Shown in pieces: positions 37,110 to 49,085 of a DNA stretch of 64,000 bases. The stretch is from assembly GCA_009914755.4 (NCBI GenBank), contig CP068257.2, positions 34,080,001 to 34,144,000 on the forward strand. The letters are read 5' to 3'. The stretch is from the human T2T-CHM13v2.0 reference genome, Homo sapiens. The notes beneath the pieces are model-generated. The model did not search any database. It saw only the letters and a program-made list of their open reading frames with translations, and was not told the DNA's origin. Each line of letters begins with the position of its first letter. Positions within the stretch are counted from its first letter, which is position 1. A program made the position numbers and the translations under genes.

Positions 37110-37742
37110 CTGCCTACCAAAATGAGGTTTTGTGTTCCCATGTATATCCCACTCACAATAGCAAAGATATGGAACCACCCTAAGTGTCTATCAACAGATG
37201 AATGGATAAAGAAATGGTGGTATATGTACAAAGTGGAACACTATTTGGCCACGAAAAAGAATAAAATCCTGTCATTTGCAGTAACATGGATGGAACTGGA
37301 AGTCATTATGTTAAGTGAAATAACCCAGGCTCAGAAAGATGAATATTGCATGTTCTCACTCATAGGTGGGAGCTAAGAAAAGGGGAGCACATGGAGGTTG
37401 AGAGTGGAATGATAGATACCAGAGACTGGGAAGGGTGTGTGGGTGGGAGGCGGGGGCATGAAGAGGGGTAGGTTAATGGGTACAAACATACAGTTAGATA
37501 GAAGGAATAAGTGCTAGTGTTCCATAGCAGAGTAGGGTGGCTACAGTTAACAACAGTGTATTGTATATTTCAAAATAACTAGAAGGGAGAACGAAAATGT
37601 TCCCAACACACAGAAATGAGAAATACTTGGGTGATGAATATACAAAAACCCTGACTTGATCATTTCACATTTATGCATGTCATAAAATTTCACATGCACC
37701 CCATAAATATGTACAAATATAATATATTGATAAAATAAAGTG
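37110..37742 (+). mobile_element. Old L1 (L1PB/L1MA-like) 3' end fragment (ORF2 C-terminus + 3'UTR), plus orientation
   Basis: The ORF 'MRFCVPMYIPLTIAKIWNHPKCLSTDEWIKKWWYMYKVEHYLATKKNKILSFAVTWMELEVIMLSEITQAQKDEYCMFSLIGGS' matches the L1 ORF2 C-terminus (TIAKTWNQPKCPS..WIKKMW.IYTMEYYAAIKK.E.MSF..TWM.LE.IILSK.TQ.QKTKH.MFSL.GG). It is followed by the 3'UTR 'ggttaatgggtacaaacatacagttagatagaaggaataagtgctagtgttccatagcagagtagggtggctacagttaacaacagtgtattgtatatttcaaaataactagaag ... gatgaatatacaaaaaccctgacttgatcatttcacatttatgcatgtcataaaatttcacatgcaccccataaatatgtacaa'. Confidence 0.85.
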
Positions 37743-38371
37743 AGTGCTATGTTACACACTGGGGTTGGAGGGCTAAATCAGAAGTGATCTCTGCCCTTGA
37801 GGAGGGAGTCAGACTAAGGGTTCCCCTACAAGATGGTCAACGTGATGACAGACACGCAGGAAGAACAGAGGACTGTACTTCAATGTCCTGGGGACAGGGA
37901 TGGGATCTGGCATATGTAAGAGGAAACAGCCAACCTCAGGTGTAAGCAGAGTAGAATACAAGAGAGAAATAATTAGCAGAAGGTTTGCCAAGATGTCACG
38001 GGGGAAGTATGTGGATAGAACAAAGGCCGGGGGAACGGGGGAATGTGTGGAAGAAGAGTCTGGCCTGATGTAACTCAGAGGCCACGCAAGAGGCACGGAG
38101 CAGGCGAACTTTCACCTGCTGACTGTTCTAGAAAGCAGCACATCTGAGGCGTTCTTCACTCTCTTTGGTGATAACTTCTTCTATCCGAATGTAGAGGAGA
38201 CCATGAGAAATGCTACCTAGGATGAAGTTCTGATTAACCAAGATAAACCATCTCTGGGAGAGTAGAAGTGGCAGAAATACAGAAGAAAGCTTCTACCATC
38301 ACCTTGGAGTTTCACAGCCAGGCAGGAGAGTGAATTTGAAAAAGGCTAAAGAAAGCTCAGAAAAAAAATTA

Positions 38372-38690
38372 CGGCCAGGTGTGATGGCTCACGCCTGTAA
38401 CCCCAGAACTTTAGGAGGCCGACACGGGCAGATCACTTCAGATCAGGAATTGGATACCAGCCTGGCCAACCATGGTGAAACCCCCCCTCTACTAAAAATA
38501 CAAAAATTAGCTGGGTGTGGTGGCATGCACTTGTAATCCCTAGCTACTCGGGAGGCTAAGGCATGAGAGTTGCTTGAAACTGGGAGGCGGAGGTTGCAGG
38601 AAGCTGAGATAACACCACTGCACTCCAGCCCGGGTGACAGAGTGAGACTCCATCTCAAAAATAAATAAATAAATAAAAAATAAAAAATAA
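38372..38690 (+). mobile_element. Alu SINE (plus), first of a head-to-tail tandem pair
   Basis: 'ggccaggtgtgatggctcacgcctgtaaccccagaactttaggaggccgacacgggcagatcacttcagatcaggaattggataccagcctggccaaccatggtgaaaccccccctctactaaaaatacaaaaattagctgggtgtggtggcatgcacttgtaatccctagctactcgggaggctaaggcatgagagttgcttgaaactgggaggcggaggttgcaggaagctgagataacaccactgcactccagcccgggtgacagagtgagactccatctcaaaaataaataaataaataaaaaataaaaaataa'. Confidence 0.9.
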
Positions 38691-38986
38691 GGCCAGGCAC
38701 GGTGGCTGACACCTGTAATCCCAGCACTTTGGGAGGCCAAGGCAGGTGGATCACAAGGTCAGGAGATCGAGACCATCCTGGCTAACACGGTGAAACCCCG
38801 TCTCTACTAAAAATTTTGAAAAATTAGCCAGGCGTGATGGTGGGCGCCTGTAATCCCAGCTACTCGGGCGGCTAACGCAGAAGAATGGCATGAACCCACG
38901 GGCGGAGCTTGCAGTGAGCGCAGATCATGCCACTGTACTCCAGCCTGGGTGACAGAGCAAGACTCCGTCTCAAAGAAAAAAAAAAT
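38691..38986 (+). mobile_element. Alu SINE (plus), second of the tandem pair, inserted into or next to the A-rich tail of the first
   Basis: 'ggccaggcacggtggctgacacctgtaatcccagcactttgggaggccaaggcaggtggatcacaaggtcaggagatcgagaccatcctggctaacacggtgaaaccccgtctctactaaaaattttgaaaaattagccaggcgtgatggtgggcgcctgtaatcccagctactcgggcggctaacgcagaagaatggcatgaacccacgggcggagcttgcagtgagcgcagatcatgccactgtactccagcctgggtgacagagcaagactccgtctcaaagaaaaaaaaaa'. Confidence 0.9.
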
Positions 38987-39337
38987 ATTACATAGACTTC
39001 CATGGACAAAGTCATGAGAAACGAAGACAATTCAAGAGAAATTCAAGGCTCCAGAAAAGTGAAATTGGTTGTAGTGATACAGTCAGAAATAATGCCTATA
39101 TGACTACTTAAAAACATCTTGCATTAAAAACATTTTAGAAATTATTAATAGAAAGTTATAAAAATGAAATTAAAATCACTCACAATTTCATTAACCGGAA
39201 GTTTTTTCTCCAATAAATACACTTAAATTGGAAAATAGTATAAACAGTACATCCTACTTTTCTTTCACTTAGTATAAGAGTATCTGCCATTAATTTAGCT
39301 TTCTTTGAAAAATGTGACTTTTCCAAAAAAATAACAG

Positions 39338-39993
39338 ATCTTGGCGAGGTTGTGGAAAAAACGGAACCTTATACACTGCTGTTGGTAATTTAAATTAGTT
39401 CAACCATTGTAGAAAGCAGTATGGTGATTCCTCAAAGAGCTAAAAGTGGAACTACCATTCAACCCAGCAATCCCATTACTGGGAATACACCCAGAGGAAT
39501 ATAAAGCATTCTACCATAAAGACACATGCATGCCAATGTTCACTGCAGCACTGTTCACAATAGCAAACATGGAATCAACCTAAATGCCTGTCAATAACAG
39601 ACTGGATAAAGAAAATGTGGTACATATCCACCATGGAATATTATGCAGACATAAAAAAGAATGAGATCATGTCTTTCGCAGGAACATGGATGGAGCTGGA
39701 GGCTATTATCCTTAGCAAACCAACACAGAACAGAAAAGCAAATACTGCATGTTCTCACTTGTAAGTGGGAGCTAAATGACAAGAACTTGTGAATACAGAG
39801 AAGGAAATAACAGACACTGGGGTCTACTTGAGGGGGAGGGTGTGATGAGGAACAGGAGCAGAAAAGATAACTATTGGGTACTGGGCTTAATACCTGGGTG
39901 ACACAATAATAGGTACAACCAACCCCCATGACACGTTTACCTATGTAACAAACCTTCACATGTGCCCCCAAACCTAAAATAAAAATTAAAAAA
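39338..39993 (+). mobile_element. L1 (L1PA/L1PB-like) 3' end fragment (ORF2 C-terminus + 3'UTR + poly-A), plus orientation
   Basis: 'gatcttggcgaggttgtggaaaaaacggaaccttatacactgctgttgg ... ggaactaccattcaacccagcaatcccattactgggaatacacccagaggaatataaagcattctaccataaagacacatgcatgc ... tcacaatagcaaacatggaatcaacctaaatgcctgtcaataacagactggataaagaaaatgtggtacatatccaccatggaatattatgcagacataaaaaagaatgagatcatgtctttcgcaggaacatggatggagctggaggctattatccttagcaaac ... actgcatgttctcacttgtaagtgggagctaaatgacaagaacttgtgaatacagagaaggaaataacagacactggggtctacttgagggggagggtg ... cacgtttacctatgtaacaaaccttcacatgtgcccccaaacctaaaataaaaattaaaaaa'. Confidence 0.9.
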
Positions 39994-42741
39994 GGAAATG
40001 TGTCTTTTCATAGCTGTGAATGGTGTCCATTATATGGATGTTAGACAATGATTTTAGCACTTCCTTATTGCTGGAAAGAGGTCATTAATAATTTATTGAC
40101 ATGATAAATAACACCATGATGAACATCTTCAAGGCTTTTGCTATTCCTTCACAACAGGGTGGGCTCTTCCTCAGCTCCTATGTGAATATGGATTGCTGAT
40201 GTTCTTACTTGGACTGCTGTGAAAATATTCCTGGCTAGCTAACGCACTTGTCTAAGGAAAATACTACAGAGCTTACTTTTCAGTTATCCTTGATAATAGA
40301 GGGAAAAGGAGATGAAAACAGGCGCTATTTCATCTACTTTCTGCTTGGCCTAAAAATGCATGGGAACAGCTCCAGAGAATTCCCAGACACCGTGGGTGGC
40401 TCTGAGGGGCTATTTTTATAATAACTAATTTTGTTCATTTTCTTTTATGCCAATCAGAAGTTTGGCCAGTGAATCTTCCCCCACCCTCCTCATTCTAGTC
40501 TCTATAAAACAGATTACTTTTTCTTTATACATACCACACACATAGGAAGGGAGAAATACACAAGAGATGGAAATGCAACTAACTTTGTCCGGGCTCTGCA
40601 AGTTGTTCATGAAATTACAAAGCCAAGGGAAAAAATAAAAACACTGTTGGAAGAGAAGCCAGAACTCTGAGCTGAAGCATTGGCTTGTGTGTTACAGCAG
40701 AAGCCTGCATGTGGTCGACGGTTAGAGAAGACAGTAGCCATGGGGTCAAGAGGACAGATGGGCATGGGCAATCCAGGAAGCCGAGCCTGTGGTCAGTGGC
40801 CTGTGGGGAAGCTGAGACTGTTTTTGTCCACAGTTGAGTAAGTTTGCTGTTAGAAGAAACTCCTTTGAGGCAGCTTGAGGCCTTCATGAAAAATGCAGCC
40901 TAACCTCTAAGGAATAATGTCTATGATGGGTCTCACGAAATCTGCAAAGAATTGTTGAGCAACTTTAAAGGCTGGTGTCCTGCACTGCCTGCCAAGGGTA
41001 AAGCCGGTGGACCTGTGTATCTCACAAATCTCAGAAACAGCTGATTCTTTAGAGCCCTGTTCAAATGAAAATACTCCCAGAGGTCTTGCGACTAGGCTGC
41101 ATTGCTCACCACTCAGACGGGAGCCTTCCATGAGCAAAGGAGAGACACAACTTTACAATGGCTCCAGCTGCAAGGAACTGCATTTTTTCAAGAGCCAGAT
41201 GTGTTTCTCCAGATAACACACTGTCCTCCCTACTGGAAGCTCCAGAGAACTCCAGGAGGAGAAGGAAGAAGAGGCTTTAAAAATGTCTAGCCATGCAGTG
41301 AGTCACCAAGCAGCTCTTCGCCTTGTTGTTCTCTCTTTCCTAATGTCACTAAGGTCACCTCTGAACAGAAGAACACCCATTGGGGGCCCATGGAGGAGAG
41401 AGCGTCCTGGGGAGCGCAAGTAGGCTCCTGGCTGCAGCCGGGGAAGAGGAAGGCGGTGAAACGAACAGGCTCAAGTAGCAGCCTGCTCTTGGCAGGAGCT
41501 ACTGCTAATTTTCCTTGGCTGGCTCTGACTACCTGTCTGAAAGCAATGCAATGCAGGAAGGAAATTTTTCAAGAGATTAAACTATTATTGTTTCCTGTGT
41601 GGCTGTCTTCACTGGTGTATGAAAAAAAAAAAAGGCTTTAAGAGCACTTGAAAAGAGATTTGTCTGAATAGCAGGGTGGTTGTGATTCATCCCCCCCTCC
41701 AGTCGGGATTTGGCCAATTTCCTCAGGAAAGTGGTCGATTAGGACCCATGGATTTATCCGTGGCCTAAATATAAGATGTCATAAAGGTGATTAATGGTAA
41801 GCTCACCATCAGAGGGAGTTAAGAGTTTATAAAAGCTATTTTTAACAGGTTGGAAGGTGAAAAAAACTCATTTGTCCTGTTGCCAACATGTTTCAATGGT
41901 TAAAAACCTCTTTGTAGGCCCTGATAATTCATGCTACCAACTGTTAAAGGTCGTTGTATTTTCTGATTTTACAAGTTTGTTTGAAAAATTGATTCACTGT
42001 GTTTGGCTGTTTATATAAAAGCAATGAGGGGGAAGGAAAAGACCACGTTATTTCCACCATGATTAGCGATTGCTGCGCGTGGTGACACTTCAGTACAAGA
42101 GCCTTGTTTCTTCTTTCCACCCCGCCTCAGGGGAGAAAAGGGGCCTTTCTGTTTATGCTCCTACCACATAAATAGCAACTGATGGAGGGTGTCCCAAGAC
42201 AGTTTTCAGAGCCCAAACAAAATTAGCCTGAGGTTCCCAAATCAGGGAAAATTGCAGTAGTTCAGAAAATGGAAGATGGCATTGATGGCTCCTAGCAGTG
42301 TCCAGTGTGGTTCCTTTGGGTCACGTCACCCAGAGATGCTCCAAAATGTTACTTCATTCTGACGGTAATTCCATAAACAAAGCATCCCTTTAAAATATGA
42401 CATCTTCTTCCCAGTCACAAACTAATCACCTTTGTTTAAAGGAACATATCTGACCCACTTCTTCTCAGAAAAGCTGAATTTCCTATAAAGTACCTACCAA
42501 ATTATCTAAAATGTGCATTTAACATTGGCAGAAGAATATGGTCATACACTAATGAATAGTTGCCGAATACAAAAGGTTGTCACTGATGTCTAGATATTTG
42601 GATGTTTCATGGATGGTAGAAACATGAAGTCCATTCTTCAATGCGTATGGCATGGAGTGGGATGTGGGGAAGGGCTAATTATTGAAATATAATCAATTGC
42701 TATCAACAATTTTGAGTTACTGGCAAAAATAGATAAAATAC

Positions 42742-42904
42742 TTTTTTTTTTTTTTTTTTTAAAGAAACAGGGTTATGCTCCACCTCCCAGGCTGGAGTGG
42801 AGTGGCACAATCATCACACACTGCAGCCTCAAACTCCTGGGCTCAAGTGATCCTTTCACCTTGGCCTCCCAAAGTGCTGAGATTACAGGCATGAGCCACC
42901 ATGC
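42742..42904 (-). mobile_element. Alu SINE with a large internal deletion (the ends of the two monomers are joined), minus orientation
   Basis: T19 is followed by 'aaagaaacagggttatgctccacctcccaggctggagtggagtggcacaatcatcacacactgcagcctcaaactcctgggctcaagtgatcctttcaccttggcctcccaaagtgctgagattacaggcatgagccaccatgc'. It is only ~165 bp, and the linker and the adjacent halves of both monomers are missing. Confidence 0.8.
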
Positions 42905-44279
42905 TAGCGAAGATAAGATACTTTCTTATGATTCTTGCAATATTTTGAAAGATGACACCAATCAACATGATACAGTACAGGGTATTCCTTGATTAATTCA
43001 TAAACATTATAGGACAGTCTAATGTGCCAAGTATACTCACAACTAGAGAGGCAAATATGAATAAGACTTCAATGAGCTCCACAGGAAGCCTGGTAGATAG
43101 AGAAGTCTCTTACAACAGAGGGAGATAAGAGATATGATCATATGTATATATGCACTCCTTCCCTGGGAGTCAGAGAGGGGTAAAATTTTTTCTCCTAGAT
43201 TGCCAAAAGTAGAGACAATAAGAGCAATAATAGCTAACTAGAAGCTTCTGTTTTAGGGTGCAACATAAAAGCTCCAGGAATGGCTTTTTCTGATATCTCA
43301 TTGTCCTGAATTTACTCTGACCACCACACCTAGCTGCAAAGGAGGCGGGAAAATGCAGTTTCTCTCTGAGCAGCCATTGCCACCTGAAGGATAGAGTTTC
43401 TATTACCAAAAGGAAGAAAGGAAAGACAACTCTGGGGAACAGGTAGCAGGTTGTGCACGTCATTTTAAACTATTGCCATGTAGGAGTCGAAAAGGAACCA
43501 TAACATCAGAAAATAGCCATCAGCACGACCGTTTCTGTTGAGTGTGCAAGGCATAAGGCCATGTACTCTACAGCCTGCAACAAAAGGTAAGGCATTTTCT
43601 CATTTTTTGCATTAAAATTGTTTATAATCATTTACTATTTTATAACAAATATTTATAATAATGTTTCATTTATTTTCTCATCAAAAGAGAGAGCAATACA
43701 AGCTGTATGAGTTTTGTTCAAAAAGTAGTAGAGAATTTAAGAGCAAGGAGAAGGAAAGGAGATGAAATAAGCTTTGAGTCAGCAGACTCATGGAAAGATA
43801 GCAAAAGCAAGAAAGATCATCCAAATCAGAGTTAGCTGTTGTGATGGGCTGTTTCCTCAGTCATCTGTGAGCCCTGTCAGTGGAGGTTGTGTTTTATTTA
43901 TCTTTGTGTGCTGAGCGCCCAGTAGGGCTCATTTCCTGGCATTTGATTATGCTAAAGTGAGGGAAAGAACACTTTATTGGCCTTTAAATAATGAATAGAA
44001 TGCACTAAGGGCTATCACAGAAGAGCCATTTGACCTTGACCTCACAATCACAGGGTCTCAAATTTTAACTTTCAAGACACTTATATGACATATATAGATG
44101 ACACGCATAGTTGAAAGATGATGATATTCATCATATAACTTTGATTTCCTGTGTTATTACCAGGCCACACCACATGTTATACACAATAAATTGGTTTTTA
44201 TAAACCCTATAAATATCTTGTGCCCAACACCATTATCCTGAGTTGAACAGTTTGTCTTTAGGTTAAAAAGAATTTGTTT

Positions 44280-44610
<331 letters not shown>

Positions 44611-44645
44611 TTATTTTGGCTTTTTTTTTTCTTCATCTTTTTTAA

Positions 44646-45076
<431 letters not shown>

Positions 45077-45557
45077 TAAATGCAAGTGCCCTGAAAGCCC
45101 TCTCTTCATTTGTCCCATTTAGATTTGTGAACTGGGCTTCCCTCCCTTTCCCAGGTGAAGTCACTAGGTTCAGGCAATTCCCTGGCCCTTTCCATCCTTC
45201 ATAATTGCTACTCTTAGGCTCAGTACTCTCACTGGGCCTCAAGATAGTCAGGCTGGGACCCTAGCTTCTGGCTCAAAAGCAGGTAAACCAGGAAATAAAG
45301 AAAGTTTAGATGGACACAGTCCCCAGTTTCCTCCCTCCCCCAGGAGTGCCTATGTGGACATTACAGTGTTTGGGAGCACCTACAACACTCCCCATTCAAA
45401 CTTGATAAATACACACTTAACTAGATCCAAATCCCAAATCTTATACAAAGAACTTAAATGCAAGCAATCTCTAAATGAATTTACTAAAAACATGTGATTT
45501 TTTGTTTCATCCTAACCCCCAGGGTTCATTCCTAATTAGAAAGGTCTATAAAAACAA

Positions 45558-45872
45558 TACAATGACAGATGGGCACGGTGGCTCACACTTGTAATCCCAG
45601 CACTTTGGGAGGCCGAGGCGGGTGGATCACGAAGTCAAGAGATCGAGACCATCCTGGCCAACATGGTGAAACCCTGTCTCTACTAAAAATAAAAAAATTA
45701 GTTGGGCATGGTGGCGTGTGCCTGTAGTCCCAGCTACTCACGAGGCTGAGGCAGGAGAATCACTTGAACCCAGGAGGCGGAGGTTGCAGAGAGCTGAGAT
45801 CACGCCACTGCACTCCAGCCTGGGCGACAGAGTGAGACTCTGTCTCAAAAAAAGAAAAAAAAAAAGAAAAAA
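45558..45872 (+). mobile_element. Alu SINE (AluS/Y-like), plus orientation
   Basis: 'gggcacggtggctcacacttgtaatcccagcactttgggaggccgaggcgggtggatcacgaagtcaagagatcgagaccatcctggccaacatggtgaaaccctgtctctactaaaaataaaaaaattagttgggcatggtggcgtgtgcctgtagtcccagctactcacgaggctgaggcaggagaatcacttgaacccaggaggcggaggttgcagagagctgagatcacgccactgcactccagcctgggcgacagagtgagactctgtctc' followed by an A-rich tail. The degenerate TSD is 'aatacaatgaca' against 'aacacaatggca'. Confidence 0.95.
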
Positions 45873-47556
45873 CACAATGGCAAAAACAATAATCCTTCTT
45901 CAAGCCTAAGTTTCACACATATCAGCAATATTGGCATAAGAAGCAGATTTTGTAAAACTGCAATTCAGTTTTACAAAATCTAGGCTCTCTCACCTTTCCC
46001 AACTATGCTTTTCCTCTCCATGACAATGTCTACGTCTGTGACTTCCGTGAACAACTGCTGAGATGCAGGGTTGACTTCCAGATCTTCAATTCCAGCCTCA
46101 ACCTCTCTCCTGGGCCTGCAAGTCATATGCCACTGCCTGTGAGGAGCTGACACTTGGGTATCTCAAACTTGGGCACTTCAACCTCAGCGCATTCAAACCT
46201 ATGCTCGTCAACTCACTCCAGACCTGCTCTTCCTTCAAGTTCTCCTGGTCAGTTAGAGACATTACCACCTTTCTTGGTGCTCCAGCTAAACATCAGGGCA
46301 TCACCAACCCCATATCTGATCCCCCTCCAAATCTCATTGATTCTGTCTCCTGTGTTCTCAAATCCACACACTGATATTACCTCATCCAGCCAACTCTGAT
46401 TCCTCTTCTGCACAATAACTTTCTAACTGGCCCCTCTGCATCCATTCTTGTCCCTGAATTACCCATTCTTCCCTCTGCAGCCAAAAGTACTTAAATATCC
46501 TTTCCCTTATTCATTCGACAAATATTTATGAAGTATCTATCACAAGTTAGGGCACCATGCCAAGTACAGTATATAGTGGTGAGCAAAAGAGCTGTAGCTC
46601 CCATCTTCATGGAGTAGACATGAATCTGATTGTCATCTCTGTGCTTAGTATCTGCGGCTTGCAGAAGACAGCCCCCAAAGATGTCCACGTCCTCATGGAA
46701 CGGGGGCACAAGCTAAAACATGCAAGCAGCCAGCAAAAGCTGGAAAAGACAAGAAAAAGTATCCTCCTGTAGAGCTTCCTGAAAGAACACAGCACTGCCA
46801 ACACCTTGATCCTAGCCCAGTGAGACCCAGTTTGGACTTAGACTCTCTAGAACTATGCTGTTTTAAGCCACAAAGTATATGATAATTAGGACAACCATAG
46901 AAAACTAATATGTTGGTTTACTAATATTCATAGTATCAAAACAGCACAGTATCCTTCAATAGCTTCCCAGTGCCTTTGGGATAAAGCAGAATCCTTAGCA
47001 AGGATGGCAAGGCTCTTGTGAACTGCCCTGCCAGCCACAGCCTCACCTGGCCACTCTCATTTCCTCTGTCCACTGCCAGAAAGCTAAACTGCTTCCAGCT
47101 CTCAAAGGAGCTCTTCTTTCTGAGCCTGGAACAAACTCTTCCCACTTCCTGGAACACCCCCTCCCTTCCTCCCTGCTTTATCTGCTGCACACCTACTCCC
47201 AACTTCAACCTTCAAGTTAAAGACCCTCAGCCTGTTCATGTTAGAGGTGCCCATGCTCCCTTTACTTACCTGTTCACACCTGTCTCTGTATGTTTTAATG
47301 TCTCTAATCCCCACTTAATTAAAAACTAGAGGGCAGAGTCTAGGATTCTCTTATTCACCATCGTGAATGCCTACGATGGTGGGCACTCAACACAAATTTT
47401 CAAAATGTATGAATGCACCAATAAGGGACAAAAGGTAAGTTTCTCTTTCATCTAAAGCATAGTTCCCATTGTGTACATCTGGCCACTTGTCATACTCAAA
47501 CAGCTGCTTTATCATCCAAAATCGTTTTGACATCTTAAATTTTGATTGCTTTACCT

Positions 47557-47562
<6 letters not shown>

Positions 47563-47609
<47 letters not shown>
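47563..47609. repeat. (CA)n microsatellite, ~23 units
   Basis: A direct 'acacac...' run. Confidence 0.95.
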
Positions 47610-47612
<3 letters not shown>

Positions 47613-48810
47613 CCCTCCACTGTTATGCATCTTATTTTTTACACATTGCACTTTTAAGTTTTTATCTGGTGACATTTTCTCACCTTCTAGCATCACCTGC
47701 AAGGTGCAGCTACACTTCCTGGGTCCCTGTATTCATTCATTCCAAGCAGATCACCAATCATCAAACACAATATGACCAGTCATGGGCAATATCTAAAATA
47801 GCCATTAGCCAGTGGCCCCTCAGAATCACTTTACCCCTCTAGGAAGATGGCGCTTCCAACCTCCCATGGCCAAGCGTTCACATGGAACGTCTGCTGTGGT
47901 GGAGAAAAGTGCATACAAGGAAGTGGACTCCTCCCATTGTGTCCACTCAGCACCTCCTCCAGTAGGGACCTCATCTCCTTTCTGAGGACTCTTCTCCCTT
48001 CCCCCACTACACCTGTGAATACAAGGTGAGGCACCTTTGTGGCCACATTTCAGGCCAACTACAACAGCTCCCTGGAAAATTTAAAACTGAGAAAGAGATG
48101 CTGCTCTCTCCCATTTCCAACAGTTTGCACCAAAGAAGCTAAAAGAAGAAGCTAAAGTCCAGGAGGAAGCGAGAGAGGGAGGAATAAACCAAGGCAGAGA
48201 AGGAGAGGATTATTTCTGAGGTTCATTCCTCAGATTGGGAGTGACCCAATCTCACCCTTGGGTTCCATGAGGCAGCCCAACATCCATTTAGCACATTCTC
48301 CTTTTTGCCTTAGCTTTTTAAGTTGTGTTTTCATCACTTACAACTAACATGTTGTAAACCTTTGTAAACCCTCATAAACCACAGCAAAAAGTGAGTCCAT
48401 CTATGGCTGTACAGAAGCTCGCTTCATATGCAAAGTGAACCATGTGCCAGGTAGCAGCATACTCTCTCTCAGAGAATGCAAGATCATCATTCATCCATCT
48501 TACTGTAGGAAGTGCAGACCTTACTACAAGAGACTCTGGCCCCACTTGGTGTTCCCAGTTCTTGACACCACAGCGAGAAAGAATCCAGGGATGAGTCAGA
48601 ATGAATGAAAGGCAAGAAGCTTTTATTGCAAAGCGAAAGTACACACTCAACAGTGGGCGCGCAAGCGTTCTCAGGAGACTGAGTCACGCACAACACAGGT
48701 GGGGTTTCACATTTCTAATTTTACGAGCTCTTCTAATTAGAGGTGGAATATTCACGACATTTTCTAGGAAAAGGGTGGGGACTTTTTAGAATTGAGGTCC
48801 CACCCTTTTT

Positions 48811-49085
48811 TTGTTTGTTTGTTTGTTTGGAGTGCAGTGGTGCCATCTCGGCTCACAGCAACCTCTGCCTCCAGGATTCAAGTGATTCTTCTACCTCAGC
48901 CTCCGGAGTAGCTGGGATTAGAGGTGCATGCCACCACGCCTGGCTAATTTTTAATTTTTGTATTTTCAGTAGAGACAGGGTTTCATCAGGTTGGCCAGGC
49001 TGGTCTCGAACTCCTGACCTCAGGTGATCCGCCCTCCTCAGCCTCCCACAGTGCTGGGATTACAGGAGTGAGCCACCGTGCCCTG
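48811..49085 (-). mobile_element. Alu SINE, minus orientation, lacking the first ~30 bp after the tail, with a (TTTG)n tail and a ~10-bp TSD
   Basis: 'ttttttgtttgtttgtttgtttggagtgcagtggtgccatctcggctcacagcaacctctgcctccaggattcaagtgattcttctacctcagcctccggagtagctgggattagaggtgcatgccaccacgcctggctaatttttaatttttgtattttcagtagagacagggtttcatcaggttggccaggctggtctcgaactcctgacctcaggtgatccgccctcctcagcctcccacagtgctgggattacaggagtgagccaccgtgccctg'. The TSD is 'cacccttttt' (48801-48810) against 'cacccattttt' (49087-49097). Confidence 0.9.
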
